A stretch of DNA of 58,089 nucleotides from Candidatus Pacearchaeota archaeon (GTDB lineage Archaea > Nanobdellota > Nanobdellia > Pacearchaeales > UBA284). Positions 39,219 to 49,859 of the stretch are shown piece by piece. A program made the translations under genes and the position numbers. Under the pieces are notes generated by a model, which saw only the letters and a program-made list of their open reading frames with translations, was not told the DNA's origin and made no database searches. The stretch spans positions 1-58,089 of the forward strand of contig JAWAPZ010000004.1 in NCBI GenBank assembly GCA_038894195.1, read 5' to 3'. The number at the start of each line of letters is the position of its first letter. Position 1 is the first letter of the stretch.

Positions 39219-40138
39219 ACACCAAGAATTTGTTTAACAAAATCTTGATCAACTAGAATATTTAAATTAAAATCATTATTAATTTTATCTTGTATTTTTT
39301 GTACATTGTCTAAAACAGCATTTACATAGTTTTTATAAGCTTTTGTATTTCTGTAAGTTTCACCCATATGTTTACCAAATCCATAAATATCTTTTTGCTC
39401 TATGGCTTTGCATGCTCTGGCCTTGCTATCTTCCGAAACCACAATTTCTTTTTCCATATCCTCCAACATCTTCGGAAGTTCCCACAGTAAGGCGGTATAC
39501 ATAACCCATTCCCTCACAAGATTAATACTATTATAGCTGGTCCAACCATCTTTTTGTAGAGTTTTTTGAATTTCAAGAATAGAAGCCCTAACACTTGCTG
39601 AATTGTCTGCAACAACTCTGCATGCAAAGAACTGTGCATAGTAGTTTGGATTTGCCAGTATCGGCACTATTAAATTAACAGCATATTCTTTTACAGGCTT
39701 AGAAATTTCTTCAATTCTTCCAAGAAAGTCAGTTATCCCATTGAAATTAAAATTTTTTGTTTGCTCTATCAGATTTCCAAAATATAAAACTAAAGCTTGT
39801 TTTTGTTCTGTCATCATATTACTAAAATTATTAAGTTCTTTCATAAAATCATCAAGCACGGTTTTCGTCTCATAATATCCACTAATGTCCCTTACTTTAC
39901 TTTCTAGATATCTGTTTCTTTTAACTTCATTGTTAAACTTTGGGTCTCTTAAAAAATCAATAAAACACGCTGTTTCTATAGCTTTTTCTATAGTGTCTTT
40001 AGGAACTGGTTCTTTTCCCTCGAATCGCCATACATGCTTCTTGTTGGTTCCAACAAAAAACTTTTTTGCAACAAAAACTTTGTAAGGTTCTGCTAAAAGT
40101 AGAGAAGATAAAAATAAAAGTGAAATTATTTTTTTCAT
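39212..40138 (-). CDS. secreted hypothetical protein
   Basis: MKKIISLLFLSSLLLA signal peptide. Confidence 0.75.
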   Translation of the reverse strand: MKKIISLLFLSSLLLAEPYKVFVAKKFFVGTNKKHVWRFEGKEPVPKDTIEKAIETACFIDFLRDPKFNNEVKRNRYLESKVRDISGYYETKTVLDDFMKELNNFSNMMTEQKQALVLYFGNLIEQTKNFNFNGITDFLGRIEEISKPVKEYAVNLIVPILANPNYYAQFFACRVVADNSASVRASILEIQKTLQKDGWTSYNSINLVREWVMYTALLWELPKMLEDMEKEIVVSEDSKARACKAIEQKDIYGFGKHMGETYRNTKAYKNYVNAVLDNVQKIQDKINNDFNLNILVDQDFVKQILGVQ

Positions 40139-40140
40139 TC

Positions 40141-42252
40141 TTATGCAAGCAAACTTTCAAAAGCCCTATCGACCATACTCTTTGGCCACCCTTTTTCTAA
40201 TAATCTAGATTCTATGTCTTGCTTTGAAAGCCCGGCGCGTAAAGCTTTTTTTATATATTCTAATAATTCATCAAATTTGTTCTTTTCTGTTGCTTGTGAT
40301 GTTGCACGAGCAACTACTTGGCCAGCACCACTAATTGGTCGACTTGTCTTAAAATATTTTTTAGAAAAAAATTCAACTATTTTTGTCTTCATGACAAAAA
40401 GAAAAATAACAACAACCGCAACAATAATAATCAAAACAATAAACAAAAGATTTGAAGTTTTTCTACAACTTTGTTGCTCTGCAGGTTTATTAAATTGTGT
40501 TCCGCAGCCGTTTATTTCATCACATGCTCTGGTTTGAATATTATTCTGGCACTTACTCCATTTACTGCAAGACCAATCCTCAACGCAACAGGTTCTTGTT
40601 TCTTCAACATAGCTTAAATTGTTTGGGTCACATGAAGCAAGATCTGTGCAAACTTTTTCTTGCAAATTGCCTCTACAGTATTGCCATGAACAACTCCAGC
40701 TTGGTGTGCACATGCTGCAATTTCTTAAAAAAGTTCTCACTCCAAAACCACATCTTAGGTCTATACATGTTTGATTTTGCATGTTATTAACACACTCGCT
40801 CCAGTCAGTACAATTTCCCCATTCTGGTGTGCAGTTACAATCCGCATCACTATCACACCCATTTTCACCAGAACCATTAACATACTCACATCTATAATTT
40901 CGACATTCTCTATGCATTTCTTGCGCTATCACAAAAAAACCAGCTCGTACAGAGTCTGGTTCAACAAGAAAAGTGTTGTTGTAATTAAAATTTGCAACAA
41001 CAAGATAATAAGCTGTTTTAGAAGGTGTCTTTAGTCCAATTCCACCAGTTCCAAGAGGAATGCTGTATTGATTGTTCCAACCTGCACAACTACTCTCTTG
41101 CATATTGCATTTCCCTTCGTTACATCCAAGATCGCATGACCTTGTAAAGTTTGTACAGGAGGGTGCATCCAGCCAATAACTATCTCCCGGCCCACCTGAT
41201 TCACAAATAGGAGCATAGTACCTTGGATCAAGACCCTGACATAACTCATATTTAATCAACGTTTCTGCACCATTTTTTGGATCCCCATCACAATCAGCGT
41301 ACCATCCTTGACTTAAACCAGCACCTGTGCAAGTTATATTGACACAATTGTCACAGGGATAGGCCCTAATTCTTAGTCTATCACAATACCACTCCAAAAC
41401 ACCAGAATCACTACAAGAATCATTAACATCCCTGCCTAGCCAATCTTTACAATTTCCTTTTGTAAATGTTTGATTAGACACTGTCAAATTGCCGTCACTA
41501 TCATTACAAGCAAATAAAACTAGTGATCGCGGCTGTGGTTCTACAGACGAAGTATTAAAACAATATCCAACGCCCTGGCCTGAAAGAGTCCCTGACAAAT
41601 TTTCAAGTCTGCCAGAAGTCCGGTTGAAAAATTTGTAAACAGCCTGGGTAAAATTACCTTTGTCTGGTGTGCTTGACTTGCTGATCAATTCTTGTAAAGA
41701 AAAAATTGGGTTAAAAGATGAGCTAGAAGGAACACAATAATCACCACAAAATCCTTGGGGCTCTGGAGTATTAGAACAATTTAAATTAAAATAGACTTTT
41801 CCCTGAACACCATACGGACAGCAAGTTTTGTTGTAATCTCTACATTTTCTTACTACAAAACTATAATCGCCACCACAAAAATCATATTCAGCATACTGCC
41901 AATCCGTTTCACCAAGATAAGTGCCATTAATATCAATCATTTCATATGCGCTTCCACCTTCACAAACGTAATATAGAGGATAAAAGGCAGTAATTAAAAA
42001 ACTTACATTTGTGGTATAAGGTAGAAACTCTCCAGCACTAAAATTAATTTTTATTCTCCCATCTAAATTTTGACTAGCATTATAATATATTCTATTCAGC
42101 GTGAATTCTGAAGTAACGCGAGAAACTATTTTTTGCGAAGGTAAAAGTAATAACACAACTAAAAGTACGAGAATAATAAGCAAAGGGAGCACTGGAATAG
42201 AAAAAATTTTCAATTCTCGCTTTCTTCTATCAAATTTTTGCAGTATCGTCAT
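40141..42252 (-). CDS. Cys-rich membrane-anchored surface protein
   Basis: N- and C-terminal TMs; three CxxxWxCxxWxxC...QxxxCxD repeats; CNDSD module. Confidence 0.85.
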   Translation of the reverse strand: MTILQKFDRRKRELKIFSIPVLPLLIILVLLVVLLLLPSQKIVSRVTSEFTLNRIYYNASQNLDGRIKINFSAGEFLPYTTNVSFLITAFYPLYYVCEGGSAYEMIDINGTYLGETDWQYAEYDFCGGDYSFVVRKCRDYNKTCCPYGVQGKVYFNLNCSNTPEPQGFCGDYCVPSSSSFNPIFSLQELISKSSTPDKGNFTQAVYKFFNRTSGRLENLSGTLSGQGVGYCFNTSSVEPQPRSLVLFACNDSDGNLTVSNQTFTKGNCKDWLGRDVNDSCSDSGVLEWYCDRLRIRAYPCDNCVNITCTGAGLSQGWYADCDGDPKNGAETLIKYELCQGLDPRYYAPICESGGPGDSYWLDAPSCTNFTRSCDLGCNEGKCNMQESSCAGWNNQYSIPLGTGGIGLKTPSKTAYYLVVANFNYNNTFLVEPDSVRAGFFVIAQEMHRECRNYRCEYVNGSGENGCDSDADCNCTPEWGNCTDWSECVNNMQNQTCIDLRCGFGVRTFLRNCSMCTPSWSCSWQYCRGNLQEKVCTDLASCDPNNLSYVEETRTCCVEDWSCSKWSKCQNNIQTRACDEINGCGTQFNKPAEQQSCRKTSNLLFIVLIIIVAVVVIFLFVMKTKIVEFFSKKYFKTSRPISGAGQVVARATSQATEKNKFDELLEYIKKALRAGLSKQDIESRLLEKGWPKSMVDRAFESLLA

Positions 42253-42586
42253 TCTGCCTCTTTTTGTTTTTTCCTTGTCTATATATTTCTTCTTTTGTAA
42301 TAAAATAAAAAGCCATATTTAAAAGTTTCTTATAAAAAGGGTCCTTATTGTCAGTTATTTTAAGATAAGCCAAACTTTCATAAGGGACTGTTGGGACTCT
42401 CTTGAAATGAATCCCTTCTGTGCAATAAAGTATAGATTGTGTTATAAGCATTAATTCATTAAGAACAGCAGAGGACCAAAATTCAAGTTTGGTTTTCAAA
42501 GGAATAACTTTCTTCTCTAGTCCTTCAACTTTATCAGTTTCTGGTATGAGGAAAGTAAAGCATGGGGTTTTAATTTTATATGTCAT
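42230..42586 (-). CDS. hypothetical protein
   Basis: 118-aa ORF coupled to rtcB. Confidence 0.6.
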   Translation of the reverse strand: MTYKIKTPCFTFLIPETDKVEGLEKKVIPLKTKLEFWSSAVLNELMLITQSILYCTEGIHFKRVPTVPYESLAYLKITDNKDPFYKKLLNMAFYFITKEEIYRQGKNKKRQNDDTAKI

Positions 42587-42587
42587 T

Positions 42588-44009
42588 CTAACCCTTTATA
42601 TTTCCTATTGGTTTTAATCTGCAGACTTTTTTAGCTAATCCTGCATTGTGGGTTGAATCAACAACATCCTCTACTGGTTTGTAAGCAAAGGGAGCTTCTT
42701 CAGCAAGTCCTGAAAAACTGTGGCATTTAACATAAATTCCTTTGACATTCAACTCTTCAATAAGTTTTGTGCCTCGCCATTGTTTTTTTGCCTGAGTTCT
42801 TGACATTGCTCGGCCAGCACCATGGCATGAGCTGAAAAAAGCCTTGCTTCCTTCTTTTGTTCCATGTAAAATGTAACTTGCAGTACCCATTGTCCCACCG
42901 ATAAGAACCGGCTGCCCTATGGTTCTATAAGCTTTCGGTAATTCTTTACGTTCAGGACAAAAAGCTCGAGTAGCGCCTTTCCTATGAACATAAACCTCAG
43001 AAATTTTATTATTAACTTTATGCTTTTCAGCCTTACACGAATTATGAGAAACCTCATAAAATGTTTTTATATCAGTCTTAGGAAAAATTTTCTCGCAACC
43101 CTGTCTTACAAGGTGTGCTATAACTTGTCTGTTTGCATGTGCATAGTTAAGAGCACAGCACATTGCTCCAAAATATCTGTGGCCTTCATCGCTTTGGATA
43201 GGAGCGCATACCAATTCGCGATCACGAATAGGAATTTTATACTTTCGAGAAGCTTCGGCCAGCACTTTAAGATAATCCGTACCTATCTGATGTCCTAAAG
43301 CACGAGAGCCACAATGAATCCATATCATTACTTGTCCTTGCTGCAAGCCAAATTTTTTTGCAGCTTGCTCATCATAAATTTCATCGATATAATTTACCTC
43401 AAGATAATGATTTCCAGAACCAAGAGTACCAACCTGCTTTTTTTCTCTTCTTAGAGCAAGATCGCTAACTGCTTCGGGCAAAGCACCCTGAATCGAACCG
43501 CCATCCTCGATGAACTGTAAATCTTCTTCAGTTCCATAGCCTTTTTCAACAACCCATCTAGCTCCAAGACTCAAGACATCATGAACTTCACTGTCCTTCA
43601 ATAAAATTTTTCCTCGAGAACCCAAACCTGCTGGGACGATTCTAAAAAGCTCGTCAATGAGCTCTTTTACCCTGGGCTTTACATCATCAAGCATCAAGTC
43701 AGTTTTTAGAGCACGAACACCACAACCTCCGTCAAAGCCTACGCCACCTACACTTACAACTCCATCTTGAGAAAAAGCAGCAACACCACCAATAGGAAAT
43801 CCATAGCCCCAGTGCGCATCTGCCATTGCTAAAGCTGCAAGTTGTATGCCAGGTAAGCAAGCAACATTACTCAGCTGTTCCCAAACTTTATCATCCATCT
43901 CACGAATAAGTTTTTCAGAAGCAAAAATTTTTCCTGGCACAAGCATTTCGTCCTGCTGTGAGATAAGCCATTCACAATCGCTAATCTTTTTGAATCTTTT
44001 AGGATCCAT
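42588..44009 (-). CDS. rtcB: tRNA-splicing ligase RtcB
   Basis: DAHWGYGFPIGG, GTLGSGNHYLE, HCGSR, HRKGATRA, HGAGR. Confidence 0.97.
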   Translation of the reverse strand: MDPKRFKKISDCEWLISQQDEMLVPGKIFASEKLIREMDDKVWEQLSNVACLPGIQLAALAMADAHWGYGFPIGGVAAFSQDGVVSVGGVGFDGGCGVRALKTDLMLDDVKPRVKELIDELFRIVPAGLGSRGKILLKDSEVHDVLSLGARWVVEKGYGTEEDLQFIEDGGSIQGALPEAVSDLALRREKKQVGTLGSGNHYLEVNYIDEIYDEQAAKKFGLQQGQVMIWIHCGSRALGHQIGTDYLKVLAEASRKYKIPIRDRELVCAPIQSDEGHRYFGAMCCALNYAHANRQVIAHLVRQGCEKIFPKTDIKTFYEVSHNSCKAEKHKVNNKISEVYVHRKGATRAFCPERKELPKAYRTIGQPVLIGGTMGTASYILHGTKEGSKAFFSSCHGAGRAMSRTQAKKQWRGTKLIEELNVKGIYVKCHSFSGLAEEAPFAYKPVEDVVDSTHNAGLAKKVCRLKPIGNIKG

Positions 44010-44151
44010 AATTAAGATAGTAAAAACTAATTTAAAAATTTTTGTTTAGAAACAGTCCAGAATCGAGATTCTCAAAACTCAAAATTTTTTCCCCACCCTA
44101 GATTTTTTCTTTTTGTTTTTTAAAAATAAAAAGAAAAATAAAATTAAAAAA

Positions 44152-44658
44152 CTAAGGGATTATCGTGTGAGTAAAAGCACCTGTAGAAGCTCCTTTATCT
44201 GTAACAATAGTAAGAGTCCCATCTTTAAATCTCTTACCAGCTACTATCGAATCAGTCCCTTGTGCTCCGCAATCTCCGCCAGCAGAAGTACTAAATGCTA
44301 CAGTAATTGATTTCTCCTGTTCTGATGGTAGCGTGTCAGCAACTGGTTTAGAACATGTTATTTTATTTGCATCAACTTTACCAGTAAGGGAAACTGATTG
44401 AACTGTTAACTCACTATCTCCACCATTGTAAACTGTAACGCTCAAAGTTACCTGATCTGGGGTTGAATCCTCCTGCAAGTAACACCCTTTTGCTTCCAAA
44501 GGGGCTGTCAAAGTGCAGATGTTCGCTGCTGTTTTTCCGACATTCAAAACACCAAAAGCTATCAATGCTGCGATTGCTATGATTGCAATTAAAATTGCCC
44601 ATCCATAAGTCATCAAGAACTCCATTGCTGCTTGTCCCTTTTTGTTCTGTCTTGACAT
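44152..44658 (-). CDS. type IV pilin-like protein (class III signal peptide)
   Basis: KKG/QAAMEFLMTYGWAIL; SD GGAGGT at 44669-44664. Confidence 0.9.
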   Translation of the reverse strand: MSRQNKKGQAAMEFLMTYGWAILIAIIAIAALIAFGVLNVGKTAANICTLTAPLEAKGCYLQEDSTPDQVTLSVTVYNGGDSELTVQSVSLTGKVDANKITCSKPVADTLPSEQEKSITVAFSTSAGGDCGAQGTDSIVAGKRFKDGTLTIVTDKGASTGAFTHTIIP

Positions 44659-44849
44659 TTTTAACCTCCTTTCAATTTACCTCTTTTACGATTGAGTATT
44701 GAATTTTTTAAGAATTCTGGATATTTAAAGTTATCGGCGAGGCAACGTAATCTGGTTTTATAAAAGAAATTATTTCAAATAAAAAATCTTTTAACGTTTT
44801 AACATGAGCTGAGAGAAAAATATTTAAACTTACCATCCTGTTAAAAAAC

Positions 44850-46199
44850 ATGATAAATAAAAGAGTGTTACTAATGATATTATTTTTTGCGTTCCTATGT
44901 TCAATTTCTTTGGTCCATGGAGCTGAAATTTCAAAAGAAATAATAACAGATACAATTGCCATAGAACTAACAATACCTGCTCAGTACAATGTAACTTTGA
45001 GAAACAATGCTTCAAGGGGGATAAACTTTTCTATATACAGCATTGCTGACATAAACATAACGCCTGAAAAGATGTTTGTACAAGCAAATTCTGAAGTTAA
45101 TTTTCTGCTTAAAGCACTTCCTGCAAGAAAAAATGAAGGTTACCACCTATATAAATACTATTTCAAAGAGGCTGGTCAACCAGCTTTAGAAGATGAACTG
45201 ATAATAAAAATTCTTCCAGTAAAAAAAATCCTTTCTATGGAAATTCCTGGCGAACTTGCCAGAGACGACAAAGCTATAAACCTCATTGTAAGTAACAAAG
45301 AAAACATAGATCTAGGAACAATTAACCTTACTGTATCATCAGAACTTTTTACTTTCTCTAACACCCTTGACTTAAAACCAAAAGAAACAAAAAATTATAC
45401 AATAAATGTTGACCTGAAAAATAAAATTGCTGGCCCGTATGCAATAACTTTTCAAGCATTTCTCAACAACGAATATCTTTATGAGAAAAAAATAAACGTT
45501 ACGCTAAAAGAAGTTTCAAACATCACAGAAGTTAAAGATAAAAAATGGCACTTCTTCGGTTATACAAACATGATAACAAAGAAAAATGAAGGGAATGCAA
45601 GAAAGATAGTCACAGTAGAACTTCCTCTTGGTTCATTTGAGCAATCATTTACAGATTATAATATTGAGCCAACATCAAAAATAAAACAACAAGGTAAAGT
45701 TTTGGTGACATGGCAGCGCGAGCTACAACCTGGTGAATCATTCACAGTAGAAGCAAGAACAAATTACACCACCTTGGTTGTGGTTGTCATTATTGTTGCG
45801 ATTGTCTTAATATTCTATCTTATCTTCTTTAATAAAAAAGTTCTAATAAAGAAGAAAGCAATAAGACTAAGGACTAAAGGAGACGAATTCGCCGCAAAAG
45901 TCATAATTGTTGCTAAGAATATAGGAAAAGAAATTAGGAATGTTAAATTAACCGACAGATTGCCAATGAATACACAGCTTTATGAAAAGTTTGGAACTGT
46001 GAAACCAGATAAAATCGAGAAAAACCATATAGAATGGAATTTCCCGAACATACTTCCAGGAGAAGAAATTGTCGCATCTTATATTGTTTACAGCAAAGTT
46101 GGCATGACCGGCGTTCAATTACCTCAAGCTTCTTTAAGTTACACTGATGAGAAAGATAAAAGGCGCACAATTAGTTCTGCAAAAGTTCTGGTTTTATAA
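44850..46199 (+). CDS. secreted/membrane Ig-like protein
   Basis: Signal peptide, beta-rich ectodomain, TM, cytoplasmic domain (LTDRLP, IEW, PGEE). Confidence 0.8.
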   Translation: MINKRVLLMILFFAFLCSISLVHGAEISKEIITDTIAIELTIPAQYNVTLRNNASRGINFSIYSIADINITPEKMFVQANSEVNFLLKALPARKNEGYHLYKYYFKEAGQPALEDELIIKILPVKKILSMEIPGELARDDKAINLIVSNKENIDLGTINLTVSSELFTFSNTLDLKPKETKNYTINVDLKNKIAGPYAITFQAFLNNEYLYEKKINVTLKEVSNITEVKDKKWHFFGYTNMITKKNEGNARKIVTVELPLGSFEQSFTDYNIEPTSKIKQQGKVLVTWQRELQPGESFTVEARTNYTTLVVVVIIVAIVLIFYLIFFNKKVLIKKKAIRLRTKGDEFAAKVIIVAKNIGKEIRNVKLTDRLPMNTQLYEKFGTVKPDKIEKNHIEWNFPNILPGEEIVASYIVYSKVGMTGVQLPQASLSYTDEKDKRRTISSAKVLVL

Positions 46200-46303
46200 A
46201 CAAAAAATTCTCTGAAACGGCCTCTGCTTTAAGGCTATAACAGAAACTTCATTAAGTTTAGTCTAAAAGTAAGTTTTAAATAACTCTCTTTCTTGAAGAG
46301 GTT

Positions 46304-47587
46304 ATGGAATTCATTAGTATCGAGCAAGCATTACAAAAGAAAAAAGGCGATGTGGCTATTCGAGGTTGGGTTTATCGCGATAGGAAACATAAAGATAAGG
46401 TATTTCTTGTTATTCGAGATTCAAGCAACATAATACAAGCCGTTATTTCAAAAGATTCTGTAAAAGAGGAGATATGGCAAGATGCTTGTAAAGTCACAAC
46501 CGAATCAAGTGTTGTGTTGCAAGGCAAGCTTCGTCAAGATGTCAGGGCTCCAACCGGATATGAAATTGATGTCAAAAATTTTAAGATAATTGGCTTAGCA
46601 GAGCCATTTCCGATTACTCGAGACTTGAGCGAAGAGTTCTTACTTGACATAAGACATCTTGCATTAAGATCAAGAAAATTAACCTCCTCATTAAAAATTC
46701 GCTCAACAATTCTTTTCGCGTTACATGAATTGCTACGAGAAAAAGGATTTGTTGAAGCTGAAGCACCAAGTTTTAGTGCAGCAACGAGTGAAGGTGGTTC
46801 AGAAACTTTTAGAGTGGATTATTTTGGAAAAAAAGCATTCTTAACACAATCCTGGCAGTTCTATGCAGAAAATCTTGTTAATGTATTTGAAAAGGTTTAC
46901 GCAATTGCTCCCTCGTTCCGTGCAGAAAAATCAAGAACAACAAGACACCTAACAGAATTCTGGCACTGCGAAGTGGAGCAAGCCTGGGTTGGTAGAGAAG
47001 AAATGATTAAACTTGCAGAAGATTGTATTGCACATTGTATAAAAAAGGTCCTTGAAAATAATAAAAATGAGCTAAAAATTCTTGGAGTAGAAGAAAAGCA
47101 TCTAAGAATAAAAACACCATTCCCAAGGATAACATACAAAGAAGCGATTCAATTGCTAAACAAAAAGGGTTCAAAAATAAGATACGGGGAGGATTTCGGT
47201 GCAAAAGAAGAAAGAGAACTAGCAAAGTTTTTTAATAATTTCCTTGTTGTAACAAATTATCCTTTAGAAATTTTAAAGTTTTATCATGGCGAGGATTTAA
47301 AAAATCCTGGAACCGGCATGAACTTCAATGTTCTTGCTCCAGAGGTCGGTGAAATTGTTGATGGTTCTGAGCGTGAACCTAACTTAGAGAAGATAAAAGA
47401 AAGACTAAAAAAAGCAAGAATAGATTTAAAAGATGCTGATTGGTACCTTGATTCTCGAAGATATGGTTCTGTACCGCATGCTGGCTTCGGTCTTGGCACC
47501 GAAAGGCTAGTTCAATGGATCTGCAAGCTTGACAACATTAGAGATGCGATCCCTTTTCCAAGAACAGTTACTAGAATAAAACCCTAA
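46304..47587 (+). CDS. asnS: asparagine--tRNA ligase
   Basis: IRGWV, FRAEKSRTTRHLTEFW, GSERE, WYLDSRRYGSVPHAGFGLGTER. Confidence 0.88.
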   Translation: MEFISIEQALQKKKGDVAIRGWVYRDRKHKDKVFLVIRDSSNIIQAVISKDSVKEEIWQDACKVTTESSVVLQGKLRQDVRAPTGYEIDVKNFKIIGLAEPFPITRDLSEEFLLDIRHLALRSRKLTSSLKIRSTILFALHELLREKGFVEAEAPSFSAATSEGGSETFRVDYFGKKAFLTQSWQFYAENLVNVFEKVYAIAPSFRAEKSRTTRHLTEFWHCEVEQAWVGREEMIKLAEDCIAHCIKKVLENNKNELKILGVEEKHLRIKTPFPRITYKEAIQLLNKKGSKIRYGEDFGAKEERELAKFFNNFLVVTNYPLEILKFYHGEDLKNPGTGMNFNVLAPEVGEIVDGSEREPNLEKIKERLKKARIDLKDADWYLDSRRYGSVPHAGFGLGTERLVQWICKLDNIRDAIPFPRTVTRIKP

Positions 47588-47588
47588 A

Positions 47589-47864
47589 ATGATAAAAATT
47601 CTTGGTGTAATTGACATAATCATAGCGATATTCTTATTGCTCGCATTCTTTTCTTTACATCTAAACCCAATTTTACTGATTTTTGCATTCTATCTTCTTA
47701 TGAAATTCGTAGTCTTCTCTATAGAAAGCACAGGTCTTGGAAATTTCTTTGATTTATTTGCATGCATTATCATTTTTGTTTCACTTGTAATCCCCCTTTC
47801 TAAAATTTTTTTTCTTCTAGCTGCAATTTTAATACTACAAAAAGGAATTTTTAGTTTGCTTTGA
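47589..47864 (+). CDS. small membrane protein
   Basis: Hydrophobic; KILGVID...KGIFSL. Confidence 0.75.
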   Translation: MIKILGVIDIIIAIFLLLAFFSLHLNPILLIFAFYLLMKFVVFSIESTGLGNFFDLFACIIIFVSLVIPLSKIFFLLAAILILQKGIFSLL

Positions 47865-47904
47865 GTGACAAAAAATTTAAAAATTATAAATAATTTCATA
47901 AAGC

Positions 47905-48279
47905 ATGAAAAAAGAGATGCGATTTAAAAAGAAAAAATCAAAAACAGCCTTGATTCTTGCACTGATTGCTTTAGCGATTCTGGCTCTAAACGTAGTCATT
48001 ATTTTTACAAGCCCTCTGTGGATAGAAGAAGTAATGCAAAAAGCTGGTCTCTCTCTTGGCGAGAATTTTTCCGAGACACTTTTTACTCTAGGCACTTTAT
48101 GGCTTGTCTTGGCTATACTTACTGTAATGCTCATACTAATGTTTGAGTCTGGAAAAACAAAAGCGTGGTGGATGATGCTTATACTTGGAATAATAGTTCT
48201 AGTTACCGGAAGAATAGAGACTTGTATACTTTTAATAATAGCTGCCCTTCTCTATAAAAATCAAACAACAAAAAATTAA
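47905..48279 (+). CDS. membrane protein
   Basis: Basic N-terminus plus TM helices. Confidence 0.7.
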   Translation: MKKEMRFKKKKSKTALILALIALAILALNVVIIFTSPLWIEEVMQKAGLSLGENFSETLFTLGTLWLVLAILTVMLILMFESGKTKAWWMMLILGIIVLVTGRIETCILLIIAALLYKNQTTKN

Positions 48280-48280
48280 A

Positions 48281-48946
48281 ATGAAACTGGATGGCCTTGA
48301 ACTTGAGTGGCTTGGGCATGCTGCTTTTAAGATAAAAACACCCAGAGTAATTTATATAGATCCTTATCAGTTGAACAATGACGAAAAAGCAGATATTGTT
48401 TTGATAACGCATAGTCACTATGACCACTGTTCTTTGAATGACATTGAAAAAATTGTTGAGACAGGAACAACAATTGTATGCACACCAGACTGTCAGAGCA
48501 CTATTGCAAGGATAACAAAAAAAATTAATCTTATGCTTGTTGAACCAGGAAAAGAAATTTCTTTAGATAACTTAAAAATCAGGGCAGTTCCTTCTTATAA
48601 TCAAACAAAAAAATTCCATCCAAAATCAGAAAGATATGTTGGCTTCATTTTGCAAATCAAGAATATTGTGATTTATCATGCAGGTGACACCGACTTAATA
48701 AAAGAAATGCAAGAATTAACTGGTTATGGCAAGAAAGGTAACATCTTTATTGCATTATTGCCTGTCGGCGGTACATATACAATGAATGCAGAAGAAGCTT
48801 GCAAGGCAGCGAGCATTTTGAAACCAAGTATTACAGTTCCAATGCATTATGGAAGTATTGTTGGCTCGACAAATGATGCTAAAAAGTTTTCTGAACTTTG
48901 TAAAGAGCAAGGAATTAAAGCTGAGATCCTTGAGAAAAAAGCTTAG
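48281..48946 (+). CDS. MBL-fold metallo-hydrolase
   Basis: WLGHA, IDPY, THSHYDH, YHAGDT, PMHYG. Confidence 0.93.
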   Translation: MKLDGLELEWLGHAAFKIKTPRVIYIDPYQLNNDEKADIVLITHSHYDHCSLNDIEKIVETGTTIVCTPDCQSTIARITKKINLMLVEPGKEISLDNLKIRAVPSYNQTKKFHPKSERYVGFILQIKNIVIYHAGDTDLIKEMQELTGYGKKGNIFIALLPVGGTYTMNAEEACKAASILKPSITVPMHYGSIVGSTNDAKKFSELCKEQGIKAEILEKKA

Positions 48947-49821
48947 TCAAAACTGCCGCCAAAAGCTTCACCAGCGCAATAGCCTGGATAAACAAAACAT
49001 TCATTGTGAAGCATCCAGTCTTTTATGTTATTCCCAGTCGGAACTCTACAGCAAGTGCAGAGAGCTTGCCCAACTGTAGAATTAAATGCACTTTCACAAG
49101 GATATGTCTGTTTTATCTTCCAGCTAGAATTACCCCCATCAACAAGTAGAATGCCACCAATGATGCAGGTACTATTTTCAGAATCATAACATATTTGGTT
49201 ACAGGAAAGGCCCTGAGGATTCGCTCTTTGCACATACTTGCAAGAATTTAACATCTGCAAAACAACCCAATAAATTCCTCGATGTGCAACTAAATCTCGA
49301 ATACTATCGTTAAGGTTCATTGGCCTTTGACAAGCGCCATTATAGCACTCTCCAGTGGAGTTAGTTAAATTCCTGCAATCAATCGTTTGTGTTACACATC
49401 TTTGCTGAGCATTGCATCTGTATTCATAACAAACATGGCTTGTAAATTGCCCTACAGCAAGCCCAGTCAATCTTCTTACTGTAGGATTTTCAAGTGACTC
49501 TTGAAATTCTGGGCTCATTGCTTCGCCCTCACAATAATCCCATTGCTTTGTTGTACTGTTCCCTTCCTGGCAGTATCCTCTAACAAAATACTGGTTTGGC
49601 CACGTTAAATTAGCATCTGAATCATAACAAGTTGAAGTTTGTTTACTACTGAATAAATTTGTAATACTGTCAAATATTCCTTTTCCTTGGATATTTGTAG
49701 ATATACTAAAAGCAAGTGTAACGCCAAGAGCTGCAGCAATAACTACGAACATAAGAAAAATAGCGCTAAAGCGCTTGTTATGTCTGTGCTCAAAATACCA
49801 AGGTTCTAAATGTTTCTTCAT
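48943..49821 (-). CDS. Cys-rich membrane-anchored protein
   Basis: N-terminal TM, CYDSD module, SCNQIC...CTCC. Confidence 0.8.
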   Translation of the reverse strand: MKKHLEPWYFEHRHNKRFSAIFLMFVVIAAALGVTLAFSISTNIQGKGIFDSITNLFSSKQTSTCYDSDANLTWPNQYFVRGYCQEGNSTTKQWDYCEGEAMSPEFQESLENPTVRRLTGLAVGQFTSHVCYEYRCNAQQRCVTQTIDCRNLTNSTGECYNGACQRPMNLNDSIRDLVAHRGIYWVVLQMLNSCKYVQRANPQGLSCNQICYDSENSTCIIGGILLVDGGNSSWKIKQTYPCESAFNSTVGQALCTCCRVPTGNNIKDWMLHNECFVYPGYCAGEAFGGSFD

Positions 49822-49859
49822 TTTCCTCTTTTCTTGACCCCTATAATAATCTTGTATTT

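Noticed and set aside
46209-46245. Interrupted hairpin upstream of asnS as an H/ACA-like RNA
   Set aside because: Short stems, no clear K-turn or correctly placed ACA box; compatible with chance.
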